From a virus: a stretch of DNA of 64,000 nt. The translations under genes and the position numbers were made by a program. Where the stretch lies: IMG/VR virus record IMGVR_UViG_3300009151_000034, positions 64,001 through 128,000 of that record. One strand, written 5' to 3'. Every line of letters begins with the position of its first letter. The first letter of the stretch is position 1. Shown one piece after another: positions 37,810 through 46,423 of the stretch. The notes beneath the pieces were generated by a model. That model saw only the letters and a list, made by a program, of their open reading frames with translations, did no database searches and was not told where the DNA came from.

Positions 37810-37850
37810 AAAAATGGAGGACTGAGAGAATTAACTATCAGTCCTCTTTT
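37810..37850. terminator. hairpin, probably a bidirectional terminator
   Basis: GAGGACTGA/TCAGTCCTC with A/T runs on both sides. Confidence 0.55.
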
Positions 37851-37859
37851 ATTTAGGCG

Positions 37860-38072
37860 TTATGCTGCCAGACGATAACGGCGGCGAAGTTGCCCCCTGT
37901 TATTAACACTCTCATCTAGAACAACATCAATCCCGTGATCATGACGCGCACGATAAACTAGATCATGAGGATTAGCAACACCAAAGCGATGAGAAATTTG
38001 TTTTGCAGTAAGAGTAGCACCATTACGAAGTGCGGCAGTGAAAGCAACTAGACGATCACGATTATTATTCAT
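37860..38072 (-). CDS. small helix-turn-helix protein
   Basis: LTAKQISHRFGVANP..VYRAR. Confidence 0.65.
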   Translation of the reverse strand: MNNNRDRLVAFTAALRNGATLTAKQISHRFGVANPHDLVYRARHDHGIDVVLDESVNNRGQLRRRYRLAA

Positions 38073-38152
38073 AATATAAGTCTCCTATTTGAGTTTGTAA
38101 AGGGTTGTAGCCCATAGCGAAAAATGTTCACTACTTAAGTATGATACCACAG

Positions 38153-38632
38153 TTAATCTAATGGGTCAACGGGCATCAAGATTTTTTCCATACCGAGAGC
38201 GGTTGTGCCATCAATATAAAAATGTTCGTGTTCGATTCCGGTATATTGGTATCCAAATTTTTCATAAAATTTTCTAGCGCGTAGATTTTTGTCAGACACT
38301 TGCAAGGAAATTCGAGTGCCTCCATCACGAACAATAAAATTTTCGATAGTTTCCAGCACGAATTTCCCATAATTAGTTTTTTGAAATTCTGGGCGTATCG
38401 CAATAGACTCAATATTATATGATGAATCTAAATCATGAATTACAATAATATATCCTACTAAAACGCCTTCAACTTCTAGGACATAAAAAAATCCATCATA
38501 ATCGATGCAATCTTCAATATAGTCTTCAAAAACATATTTTGAAAAAGCGTCAGGGCCGAATACTTTATCGATATCAACTATCGAATTAATATCTTCGGGT
38601 TTAACTTTTCTTAAATTTAGTGTTGGGATCAT
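38153..38632 (-). CDS. RimI-like GNAT acetyltransferase
   Basis: IAIRPEFQKTNYG, LQVSDKNLRARKFYEKFGY. Confidence 0.85.
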   Translation of the reverse strand: MIPTLNLRKVKPEDINSIVDIDKVFGPDAFSKYVFEDYIEDCIDYDGFFYVLEVEGVLVGYIIVIHDLDSSYNIESIAIRPEFQKTNYGKFVLETIENFIVRDGGTRISLQVSDKNLRARKFYEKFGYQYTGIEHEHFYIDGTTALGMEKILMPVDPLD

Positions 38633-38671
38633 TTACTAGTTCTTTCCTAGTCTTATAGGATAATATAAAGT

Positions 38672-38878
38672 TTCGGGATACCAAGTGTCCTGCATGTCTT
38701 GGGATGACATTTAACGGTTTTACCAGCAGTTCTTAATACTTTTAAATGACTGAACCCATTTCATGTCATCTGGTCCCGAAGTGGCTTGAAGATAGACCGA
38801 CTGAACTATAACGTTATTTGATGGTTTAGAATTTTTAGAAATTCCCACAGTCTTGTCATTAGGTGGAAGAACCCATCA
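38672..38878 (-). ncRNA. putative structured non-coding region
   Basis: TTCGGGA/TCCCGAA, GATGACAT/ATGTCATC, CCAAG/CTTGG, TGATGG/CCATCA helices; no ORF in track. Confidence 0.45.
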
Positions 38879-38891
38879 CTCCCACTTATCT

Positions 38892-39080
38892 TCAAATGGT
38901 GGATGCGATTTTTGTTTTCGCATCAATCTTTTTTTTCCATATAGAATTATAGAAGAATACTTTAGCCATGTCAATAGGATAATACCAGTATTTTTGTTTG
39001 AACCCGAGAGGCTGGTGATCAAACCACGACCAAAAAGCCTCTCGGAATTCTTCAGTCTCTAGAACATCTTGTTCAGGCAC
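38892..39080 (-). CDS. hypothetical protein
   Basis: 62-aa aromatic-rich ORF. Confidence 0.5.
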   Translation of the reverse strand: MPEQDVLETEEFREAFWSWFDHQPLGFKQKYWYYPIDMAKVFFYNSIWKKKIDAKTKIASTI

Positions 39081-39086
39081 AACACA

Positions 39087-39596
39087 TTAAAAACGATATT
39101 GTGCGCCAGCAGAAAATAGATGTTCGTCCTTAGCAGCAGACTTTAAATCATGCACAGGGCGGACATTACGATATCGAAAATCGAATTCAACCGATTCAGA
39201 TACTGCAACACGAATACCAGCACCGGCATCATAAACTGGAACAGCAGAACCAGACTTGATAGACCCTAGCTTATCGAAAGCATATCCGCCACCAACAAGA
39301 ACGTATGGAGTGATTGTAGAATTAGGAATTCGATACTGACCGATAACGTTTACGGTTGCCATTTCACCAGCACCAGTTGAGCGCCAAGCACGTTCAAATT
39401 CGCTTTCAACACGAACAAAATTACCGATTTGATATCCTACAACAGCACCAACATTGATACGATTTCGTTCATCCGTTGACGATCCAAGTGAACCACCAGC
39501 ATAAAGACCAGAACGATCAGCCTTGACAGGATCAGCAGCCATAGCAGCACTACCAAAACCAACAAGCATAGCAGCAGCCAACATAATATTCTTCAT
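39087..39596 (-). CDS. 8-stranded outer-membrane beta-barrel (Omp25/RopB-like)
   Basis: Signal peptide AMAAD, GLYAGGSLG, TPYVLVGGG, terminal YRF. Confidence 0.85.
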   Translation of the reverse strand: MKNIMLAAAMLVGFGSAAMAADPVKADRSGLYAGGSLGSSTDERNRINVGAVVGYQIGNFVRVESEFERAWRSTGAGEMATVNVIGQYRIPNSTITPYVLVGGGYAFDKLGSIKSGSAVPVYDAGAGIRVAVSESVEFDFRYRNVRPVHDLKSAAKDEHLFSAGAQYRF

Positions 39597-39625
39597 TTCA
39601 TTTCCTTTTCATTATAATTAAAAAT

Positions 39626-39699
39626 TGGAGCAGGATACGAGAATCGAACTCGTGTCTTCAGCTTGGAAGGCTGTAATAATACCATTATACCAATCCTGC
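39626..39699 (-). tRNA. tRNA-Gly(TCC)
   Basis: CTTCCAA loop, T73, CCA end. Confidence 0.9.
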
Positions 39700-39919
39700 A
39701 TATAGAGTCGTTTACTTATATTTCTTTTCGAGTTCTTTAATTCTGCGTTCAAGATATTCTTTTACAATTCCAATTTCTTGGGTCTGAAGATATGGAGGAA
39801 GAATATTAATATTATTAGATAATTCATCAACAAATGCAGACCGTTTAATCATATCACTAGAATAGTTCATGTTGTATTTTCCATTATAAAGTAAACACGA
39901 TATGATGTCAAAGAATAAA

Positions 39920-39995
39920 TGGCACCAGTGCAAGGATTCGAACCTTGATCTGACGATTTTGGAGATCGCAATGTTAGCCGTTACACCACACTGAT
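39920..39995 (-). tRNA. tRNA-Trp(CCA)
   Basis: GCGAT-CTCCAAA-ATCGT arm, G73, CCA end. Confidence 0.9.
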
Positions 39996-40062
39996 ATTCT
40001 TCGCACTGGTATCATTTGTCTCTTTGATCGGGTATCTTATTTATACCAGTTCATAAGACATT

Positions 40063-40335
40063 TTAGTCGTTCTTGGCTTCCTTGTCAACAGTTTTTTGCT
40101 TGGCTTTGAAGATAACAATGTTAAAAATATTAGGGATATCCACTATGCGTTCGACAAGAAAAATCAAATAAAGAGGTGTTAGGACTGGTGAAAAAATAAC
40201 ATAAAAGAATACGTTCCACAAAATTGATCCAATAGTCACATCATATCCAGATTCCCATTCATCATACATAATACCACATGATGTTAACAGACCCAAAGCA
40301 ATCCAGACACAAAGTATAATTTCCAGAATACCCAT
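40063..40335 (-). CDS. small membrane protein
   Basis: Two hydrophobic segments. Confidence 0.5.
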   Translation of the reverse strand: MGILEIILCVWIALGLLTSCGIMYDEWESGYDVTIGSILWNVFFYVIFSPVLTPLYLIFLVERIVDIPNIFNIVIFKAKQKTVDKEAKND

Positions 40336-40339
40336 ATTT

Positions 40340-40546
40340 TCATCTTCCTTCTTTAATTCTATTGAGTTTTTTTAATTCCATGTGGCAAGCAAACATAAAT
40401 TGAAATCTGGTTCCCACAAACCCAAGACTGCAAATCATAATCATGGCATCTAAGAGACAGATAAAACCCATGATAAAATTCTGCAATCTCATTTGGGGAT
40501 GTGAAAACCATACATGTAAGAACAAATATTTTATACTATTTTTCAT
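40340..40546 (-). CDS. small membrane protein
   Basis: One hydrophobic segment. Confidence 0.45.
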   Translation of the reverse strand: MKNSIKYLFLHVWFSHPQMRLQNFIMGFICLLDAMIMICSLGFVGTRFQFMFACHMELKKLNRIKEGR

Positions 40547-40737
40547 AATTTACAATATTATCCACACAGTCATCTTCGTGGATAATATTCATAAGTTCTT
40601 TTAATTCTTTTCGATAACGCCGAACAATTCCGTTGAGAGCAGTTCCGTTATGATACCCATTTTCATTGATAAACATTTTTGAGCGGTCAAGTTCATTACG
40701 AATATCATCCACCATTTGTTTTAAATTTTTCATATTA

Positions 40738-40977
40738 TCATTCCTCGTTTTTGAGTAGCCACTTATTCGAAATCGTCTTAAAAGACATACTACCGTCATG
40801 AAGATTTTTATATACTAAACCTTCACGCCCGCTCTTATTCCCAATAATACTCTGACCATCAGCCAAAGTCAATAGGCTATCTACGGTTTCGCCGTCATTA
40901 ATTGTCTTGGCATCAATCAGAGGAACGTGATCAAGACCGAGAAGATGTGTCTCGATAGAATATTTTGATTCACTCAT
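40738..40977 (-). pseudogene. C-terminal fragment of an Rnl2/DRB0094-type RNA ligase
   Basis: REGLVYK and SFKTISNKWLLK motifs without the upstream KxDG motif. Confidence 0.6.
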
Positions 40978-41024
40978 CTTGTCTATCTTTCATCTTTTGA
41001 TAAAAACATCATACCAGGATCACA

Positions 41025-41261
41025 TCAGTCTGTCAAGTAGTCAACCCCGTAATAATATGAACTAACTGTCTTCATTGCCTCTAAAAGATTGCAATAATAT
41101 GTGTAATCTTCCATATGGTGTGAATATTGATCTTTTGTGAGTGCTAGGCGATCAACTTCACTTTTAATATCATGATAATCCTCATAAAGAGTTTTTTTAA
41201 AAGCATTAACCAAATCATCATGATCGATATCTACATTAACTTTTAGTGTATAGTTTGCCAT
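41025..41261 (-). CDS. hypothetical protein
   Basis: MANYTLKV start with AAGGA RBS. Confidence 0.45.
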   Translation of the reverse strand: MANYTLKVNVDIDHDDLVNAFKKTLYEDYHDIKSEVDRLALTKDQYSHHMEDYTYYCNLLEAMKTVSSYYYGVDYLTD

Positions 41262-41405
41262 ATTAATTTTTATTCCTTTTATATTAATCGAACATCCAAT
41301 ATAGATACGTTGTGAAGCAGACATTGATAACCGTTGCCACCACCGAAGATACAATCATTGCCAAAAAAACTGTTGACCACTCGATATTTTTCATAATAAA
41401 CCCTT

Positions 41406-41624
41406 TCAACCAATATCAATTTTTAATGCACGCAAAATATACATGTTAGCCTCAGAGTTGTCAATCTCAATATTATAATCAACTCCCGTGTAAAAGAATT
41501 TACCTGTTTCGCTTTTCACGTCTTGAAAGGTGTCGATGCAAATTTCAGGTTCACCGAATTCAGGGTCAGCCTTGTCTAGAATGAGTTGTAAGTCCTCAAT
41601 GAAATCCTTAAGAAGCATAATCAA
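41406..41624 (-). CDS. hypothetical protein
   Basis: 72-aa acidic ORF with upstream TTGACA..TATAAT promoter. Confidence 0.5.
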   Translation of the reverse strand: MIMLLKDFIEDLQLILDKADPEFGEPEICIDTFQDVKSETGKFFYTGVDYNIEIDNSEANMYILRALKIDIG

Positions 41625-41699
41625 ACCTTTCGCGTTGTTTCTAAAAGCAATTATAGCCCAAGTGTCGGGTGTTTGTCAATCGATATTTTAGGCGAAGTT

Positions 41700-42197
41700 T
41701 CAATAAAAAATCGGATTGGTGTTGACAATGGTATCAAAACCTTCATCGAGGGTAGGCATCTCAAGATTTTCCATCATATTCTTCATAACATGTCCGGGGA
41801 TAGTTTTACCGGGGCGACTATTAAGACGATCCGAAAGAATATCATTTTTGGGCGTATTAAAAAACACAGCGATCTTATAATATTCTTCTGGAATAGACTT
41901 AATTTTATTCTTACGGGTTTTGGTCGATGTGTTAGTCTGATCCCAAACGATATCTTTTTTATAATGAATCGCTTCCCGTAAAGTTTCGTTCATGAGTTTT
42001 GTTGCAGCATCTATCATCATATGAAAACATTCGTCATATGTTTTTTCCTGCATCTTAGCCCAGGCGTCGATTGTGTGATCTGTTCCAATCAATGCATAAT
42101 TAGGACGGAAGATATGTTTATTCTTTTCGATCCATGTAGACTTACCAGAACATGGAACACCAACCATCATATAAAGAAACGGACGGGTCTTATACAT
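41700..42197 (-). CDS. P-loop polynucleotide-kinase-like protein (AAA_33)
   Basis: GVPCSGKST, VWDQTN. Confidence 0.85.
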   Translation of the reverse strand: MYKTRPFLYMMVGVPCSGKSTWIEKNKHIFRPNYALIGTDHTIDAWAKMQEKTYDECFHMMIDAATKLMNETLREAIHYKKDIVWDQTNTSTKTRKNKIKSIPEEYYKIAVFFNTPKNDILSDRLNSRPGKTIPGHVMKNMMENLEMPTLDEGFDTIVNTNPIFY

Positions 42198-42209
42198 TTT
42201 TAATCTCCA

Positions 42210-43388
42210 TTAATCGATAACAACAGAGTTCCATCGAGCAGTCTTTAGAATGCCTCGGGTCTTTTCAAACTGAGTATTTGAACTGAGATGGATATACACG
42301 TTTTGCTTCACCATGTCAAGAGAAATTCCTTCCTCTTTTTTATCCCATACTTTAAAAATAAGACCACGCATCGTAGGCTCTGAATCCTGTGTTTTAATAG
42401 CAAAATTCTTGCGGGAAATACCAGAAGCGGCAATCAACATAAGTTCGCTGTTGATGTTGCCCCAGAAATCATAGATATCCTTCCACACTGCATCCTGAAA
42501 GTCAACCAATTTCTTCTTATCGTTATCGGAAAGAAGTGGCATCAGATCATCAGTCTTTTCGTCAATGATAAGACCAACAACATCACGTTCATTCTCTAGC
42601 ATACTTTTGGCACGGTGTAAAGAGATATAGGTATCGGCCTTGACCTTCACCATATGACCATCATCAAAACGGATTACAATACCTTCTCTGTCTTCCCATT
42701 TGCGGACGCTTTCGGTATTTTCTTCGAATGTTTTAGATGCATCATGAGACTCAACACAAGATACTACTGGAATATCAAAAAACGAAGCAAAAGACGATAA
42801 TGCAGTATGGTTAAGATATCGTCCAGTGAAATTACTACGAACGGCAGTCAAAATAAGTTGGTCTTTTGGGTAGTCAACCACAATACGTTGCTGGCGGCTG
42901 CACCATTCAAAAATAGGCGTCATACCAATATTAATCATATATTCAGCGGCTTTTTGATACTGAGGGTTATTAGCAACAAATACTTCTGCTTGCATAGAAA
43001 CTTCGGTCACGCCCATCTTTGTTCCCCAGCGGATATGACCACGAATAGGAATAGGACGGATCATAGAACCATCAAGTTTTTCTAAAAAACGGTGCGACTC
43101 TGTAATATTAAGATCAGTTACATCGGCTCGTTCGCCATAATTAAAAAATTTGTGATATGGGCGTGAAATAACTTCTCCGGTTTCTGTATCAAAAATAAGC
43201 CCACGAAGTTCACGGCGAATAGCAGAAGCACGATCAATCACGGGAGGAAATGTATCAGACCCCATACGAACATAATTTACGACTGTGTAACTATCTTTTT
43301 CCACAATGATAAAATTATGGTCATCTTTAATCACTTCACGGACTTCTGCCAACGTGATGTTAATCGGAAACTCATAATGTAGGGTCAT
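42210..43388 (-). CDS. rnlA: RNA ligase 1
   Basis: RELRGLIF, PYHKFFN, EKLDGS, FEW, EGIVI, KVK. Confidence 0.92.
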   Translation of the reverse strand: MTLHYEFPINITLAEVREVIKDDHNFIIVEKDSYTVVNYVRMGSDTFPPVIDRASAIRRELRGLIFDTETGEVISRPYHKFFNYGERADVTDLNITESHRFLEKLDGSMIRPIPIRGHIRWGTKMGVTEVSMQAEVFVANNPQYQKAAEYMINIGMTPIFEWCSRQQRIVVDYPKDQLILTAVRSNFTGRYLNHTALSSFASFFDIPVVSCVESHDASKTFEENTESVRKWEDREGIVIRFDDGHMVKVKADTYISLHRAKSMLENERDVVGLIIDEKTDDLMPLLSDNDKKKLVDFQDAVWKDIYDFWGNINSELMLIAASGISRKNFAIKTQDSEPTMRGLIFKVWDKKEEGISLDMVKQNVYIHLSSNTQFEKTRGILKTARWNSVVID

Positions 43389-43445
43389 AACTTTTTATCC
43401 TCTCTTTACCTGATTAAAACATATTATCAGGTTTATTAGTCCATG

Positions 43446-43748
43446 TCAAGCTAAATCTTCCTGGACTTGATTATCGACTTGATCCCAGGCTTGATCCCAG
43501 ACTTGATTATCGACTTGATCCCAGACTTGATCCCAGACTTGACTCCTGACTTGATCCCAAACTTGATCCATGACTTGTTTTTTGACTTGATCCCAGACTT
43601 GATCCCTGACTTGATGTAGGACTTGATACTGGGTTCGATTTCTGACTTGAACATTAACTTGATCGCTGACTTTATCCCAGACTTGATTCCAGACTTGAAT
43701 TTTAGCTTGATAACTAATTTGATTACTAATTTGATTTTTAACAGTCAT
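43446..43748 (-). CDS. QV-tetrapeptide repeat protein (array 2)
   Basis: MTVKNQ...(QVxx)n...EDLA, 100 aa. Confidence 0.7.
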   Translation of the reverse strand: MTVKNQISNQISYQAKIQVWNQVWDKVSDQVNVQVRNRTQYQVLHQVRDQVWDQVKKQVMDQVWDQVRSQVWDQVWDQVDNQVWDQAWDQVDNQVQEDLA

Positions 43749-43914
43749 CTAAATCTTCCCTGACTTGATCCCAGACTTGATCTCTGACTTGAATACCAAC
43801 TTGATTCCAGACTTGTTTCCAGACTTGTTGCATGACTTGATCTCTGACTTTATCACAAACTTGAACCCCGACTTTATCATAAACTTTATCACAGACTTGA
43901 ATGTTATCAGTCAT
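43738..43914 (-). CDS. QV-tetrapeptide repeat mini-protein (array 2; not in ORF track)
   Basis: MTDNIQVCDKVYDKVGVQVCDKVRDQVMQQVWKQVWNQVGIQVRDQVWDQVREDLDDC, 58 aa. Confidence 0.7.
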   Translation of the reverse strand: MTDNIQVCDKVYDKVGVQVCDKVRDQVMQQVWKQVWNQVGIQVRDQVWDQVREDLDDC

Positions 43915-44083
43915 TTAAATCTTCCCAGACTTGATCGTTGACTTGATCCCTGACTTGAATACCAACTTGATTCCAGACTTGTTTCCAGGCTTGATGTAGG
44001 ACTTGCCTGCTGACTTGTTGATTGTCAACTTGATCCCAGGCTTGAATTTTAGCTTGATAACTAATTTGTTTTTTAACAGTCAT
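43907..44083 (-). CDS. QV-tetrapeptide repeat mini-protein (array 2; not in ORF track)
   Basis: MTVKKQISYQAKIQAWDQVDNQQVSRQVLHQAWKQVWNQVGIQVRDQVNDQVWEDLND, 58 aa. Confidence 0.7.
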   Translation of the reverse strand: MTVKKQISYQAKIQAWDQVDNQQVSRQVLHQAWKQVWNQVGIQVRDQVNDQVWEDLND

Positions 44084-44267
44084 CTAAATCTTCCTGGACT
44101 TGATCCCGGATTTGATCCCTGACTTGATCGCTGACTTGTTCCCTGACTTGATTCCAGACTTGATGTAGGACTTGATACTGGGTTCGATTTCTGACTTGAA
44201 CATTAACTTGATCGCTGACTTGTTCCCTGACTTGATCATGAATATCATAATTAAATTTATTATACAT
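44073..44267 (-). CDS. QV-tetrapeptide repeat mini-protein (array 2)
   Basis: MYNKFNYDIHDQVREQV...EDLDDC, 64 aa. Confidence 0.65.
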   Translation of the reverse strand: MYNKFNYDIHDQVREQVSDQVNVQVRNRTQYQVLHQVWNQVREQVSDQVRDQIRDQVQEDLDDC

Positions 44268-44421
44268 CTTCGTCGGCGGATAGAACATTTTTGACTGTAT
44301 CTTTAATAACTTTCAAAAGACCTATAGAAGCAAAATGGCGCATAGCCTCATCATCAAGATCAAGTGTTAGAGTAGCACCACCATCATCATGATCCTGGCA
44401 GTCAACAACTTCAATTTTCAT
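44260..44421 (-). CDS. small hypothetical protein
   Basis: MKIEVVDCQDHDDGGATLTLDLD..., 53 aa, GGGAG RBS. Confidence 0.55.
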   Translation of the reverse strand: MKIEVVDCQDHDDGGATLTLDLDDEAMRHFASIGLLKVIKDTVKNVLSADEDV

Positions 44422-44422
44422 T

Positions 44423-44782
44423 TCACAATCTCCCTAAACATTCTTTAAATTCTTCTGGTAAAATTACATTGTTTGGCACATTCTTAAACATCCATGCGAT
44501 TTCGTGAGGCTTATAACCAGAGAGGCCAGTCCCGACAGCAGTAAGAATGAACCGTAGATCAGGATTATCATACGAAAATTGGATAAAGATGTCAACATAT
44601 TTTTTGATCTCTGTTAATGGTAAAGTATTGATTTTATTATCTTTTGTCGGGATTGCATAGCTGTTACCCTGTAGACCAACACCCTGACCATAGATAGCGC
44701 CATGATACTTCTTAGCAAAAAGTGCGGCACCTTTACCGTGCCTTCCGGCTGTGTTGGAACCGAAAGTGAAAATATCACGCAT
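44423..44782 (-). CDS. macrodomain-like phage protein
   Basis: FTFGSNTAGRHGKGAA, SYAIPTK, TAVGTGLSG. Confidence 0.75.
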   Translation of the reverse strand: MRDIFTFGSNTAGRHGKGAALFAKKYHGAIYGQGVGLQGNSYAIPTKDNKINTLPLTEIKKYVDIFIQFSYDNPDLRFILTAVGTGLSGYKPHEIAWMFKNVPNNVILPEEFKECLGRL

Positions 44783-44951
44783 AATTTAAATCCTCTTTTA
44801 CTTGATTTATGACTTGAACCCCGATTTGACCATAAACTTGATCCCAGACTTGATCCCTGACTTGTTCATAGACTTGTTCATAGACTTGATCCCCGGCTTG
44901 ACCCCCGACCTGATCCCTGACTTGATACTTGACTTGTTTTTTAACGGTCAT
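44775..44951 (-). CDS. QV-tetrapeptide repeat mini-protein (not in ORF track)
   Basis: MTVKKQVKYQVRDQVGGQAGDQVYEQVYEQVRDQVWDQVYGQIGVQVINQVKEDLNYA, 58 aa. Confidence 0.7.
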   Translation of the reverse strand: MTVKKQVKYQVRDQVGGQAGDQVYEQVYEQVRDQVWDQVYGQIGVQVINQVKEDLNYA

Positions 44952-45123
44952 TTAAATCTTCCCAGACTTGACTTGAGGCTTTATCAATAATTTCACGGTT
45001 GACTTTATAACTGACCGGATCATTGGCTTGGCCCCAGATTTCATATTTGGCTTGATTACAAATATGATCATAGAATTGAATGTTGACTTGTTTTGTGATT
45101 TTAATTTTATCTACAATAGTCAT
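44941..45123 (-). CDS. diverged QV-family mini-protein
   Basis: Residual 4-aa period, ends QVWEDLNDR. Confidence 0.6.
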   Translation of the reverse strand: MTIVDKIKITKQVNIQFYDHICNQAKYEIWGQANDPVSYKVNREIIDKASSQVWEDLNDR

Positions 45124-45302
45124 AGAAACTTTAAATCTTCATCCAATTGAAATCTTAGATGCACCTTATATTGATTAAATACTATATCTTCAACTTCTCC
45201 CCATATAACAAAAGAAATGTGTTCGGCATAATTTAAGTCCCAAATTTTTCGAAAACTTTCCCTATCTGTGTATGAAGCCATAATTTTATTTTTAACGGTC
45301 AT
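45120..45302 (-). CDS. diverged QV-family mini-protein
   Basis: Starts MTVKNK, ends QLDEDLKFL. Confidence 0.55.
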   Translation of the reverse strand: MTVKNKIMASYTDRESFRKIWDLNYAEHISFVIWGEVEDIVFNQYKVHLRFQLDEDLKFL

Positions 45303-45477
45303 TTAAATCTTCACCAATTTGATTCCAGGTAAACCACCACATATCACCCACAGAACCATCTGCTGGCAATAACATAGTAATTTCATAAGGATAAACATCA
45401 CTATAATATTTTTCTTGACATCGATAACGACAATCCCGCCATACATCTTTTTTTATTTTATCTATAAGTTTATTCAT
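45292..45477 (-). CDS. diverged QV-family mini-protein
   Basis: Ends WNQIGEDLNDR. Confidence 0.55.
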   Translation of the reverse strand: MNKLIDKIKKDVWRDCRYRCQEKYYSDVYPYEITMLLPADGSVGDMWWFTWNQIGEDLNDR

Positions 45478-45508
45478 AAATTCACCTGACCCAATTTATA
45501 ATAATTTA

Positions 45509-45585
45509 TGGTAGACGGAGCCGGGTATGATCCGACATAATGACCGTTATGAGCGACCCGCATTTTCCATTTATGCTATCCGTCC
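45509..45585 (-). tRNA. tRNA-Met/Ile2(CAT) with atypical T-loop
   Basis: CTCATAA loop, GGACGGA/TCCGTCT acceptor, CCA; T-loop ATCATAC. Confidence 0.8.
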
Positions 45586-45602
45586 AAATACCAAGTGCAG
45601 GA

Positions 45603-45953
45603 TTACTTTTTAAGTTTCTTAGTTTCATCCTCAATCCACGCTTTAAGCAGATTAATACCAGGATCAACAACTCCTTGGACTTTTTCATCATTCAAAAAAG
45701 AATTTGTATAACTAGTAGCCACCATCACCATCATCGTCTTTTGATCAGGAATTAAAATTGATAATCCTGAACAAACACACACTACGATAAAAATACGTTT
45801 GCCGATATTAATAATATCTGTTTCATTTTCAAGTAAACCAAAAACGATTGCAAATGAAGATAAAATTGCTCCAAAAATCCCCACGATAACACAGAGACCA
45901 TGAATATTATTCAAAACATTATTCAAATATAAAATATAGGGTAGAGAACTCAT
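45603..45953 (-). CDS. membrane protein
   Basis: Two TM segments, IPDQKTM. Confidence 0.6.
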   Translation of the reverse strand: MSSLPYILYLNNVLNNIHGLCVIVGIFGAILSSFAIVFGLLENETDIINIGKRIFIVVCVCSGLSILIPDQKTMMVMVATSYTNSFLNDEKVQGVVDPGINLLKAWIEDETKKLKK

Positions 45954-45954
45954 A

Positions 45955-46401
45955 TCAAAAATCTCCTGGTGCTACTTGAGCACATATAATACCATTTGCA
46001 CGCCAAGCATCTACAACTCTATTTCTGTCGTCAAATGCAATAAGAGGATTGAAACCGTCTGCCCGAATTTGTTCAAGAAGTTCAATTTTAACAACTGCAT
46101 CATCACGATAGTCGCCCTTCTTACGCATATAAAGGTTCTTAGGTGGAAGAACATGATGCCGTAGCCATTGCTCAGTTTTTTCGCGGTAAATTTCTTCACG
46201 CCCTGAGCAGAACACGATATCCCAACCAGAGTGCCAAAGAGAAACCACAACATCGATAACCGGCTGAATTGGTAAATCATTCTCTACATTTGCATAAAAT
46301 GCTTTCCAATTTTTTGGGTTAGATTGAATCCATGAACGGCGATGTTCTAGGTTGGCAATAGTTCCATCTAAATCACAAATTATTGATTTTTTTACGTGCA
46401 T
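45955..46401 (-). CDS. HAD 3'-phosphatase (PseT phosphatase-domain-like)
   Basis: CDLDGT, SGR, MRKKGDYRDD.VVK, FDDR, QVAPGDF. Confidence 0.9.
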   Translation of the reverse strand: MHVKKSIICDLDGTIANLEHRRSWIQSNPKNWKAFYANVENDLPIQPVIDVVVSLWHSGWDIVFCSGREEIYREKTEQWLRHHVLPPKNLYMRKKGDYRDDAVVKIELLEQIRADGFNPLIAFDDRNRVVDAWRANGIICAQVAPGDF

Positions 46402-46423
46402 ATTAAAATCTCCATAATAAAAG

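Larger units (their letters stand above)
43446..44240 (-). repeat. 12-bp period CAAGTC-N6 repeat, array 2
   Basis: Same unit and junction as 3965-4705. Confidence 0.95.

Noticed and set aside
34596-37878. ORF-track entries running through tRNAs (34596-34811 N-terminus, 37142-37645, 37491-37763, 37684-37878)
   Set aside because: They overlap clear tRNA or structured RNA genes and are spurious or over-extended.
43446-44240. Iteron/origin or tandem -35 (TTGAC) decoy role for the repeats
   Set aside because: Frame preservation and conservative codon changes favour a protein role; a secondary DNA-level role is not excluded but is unsupported.
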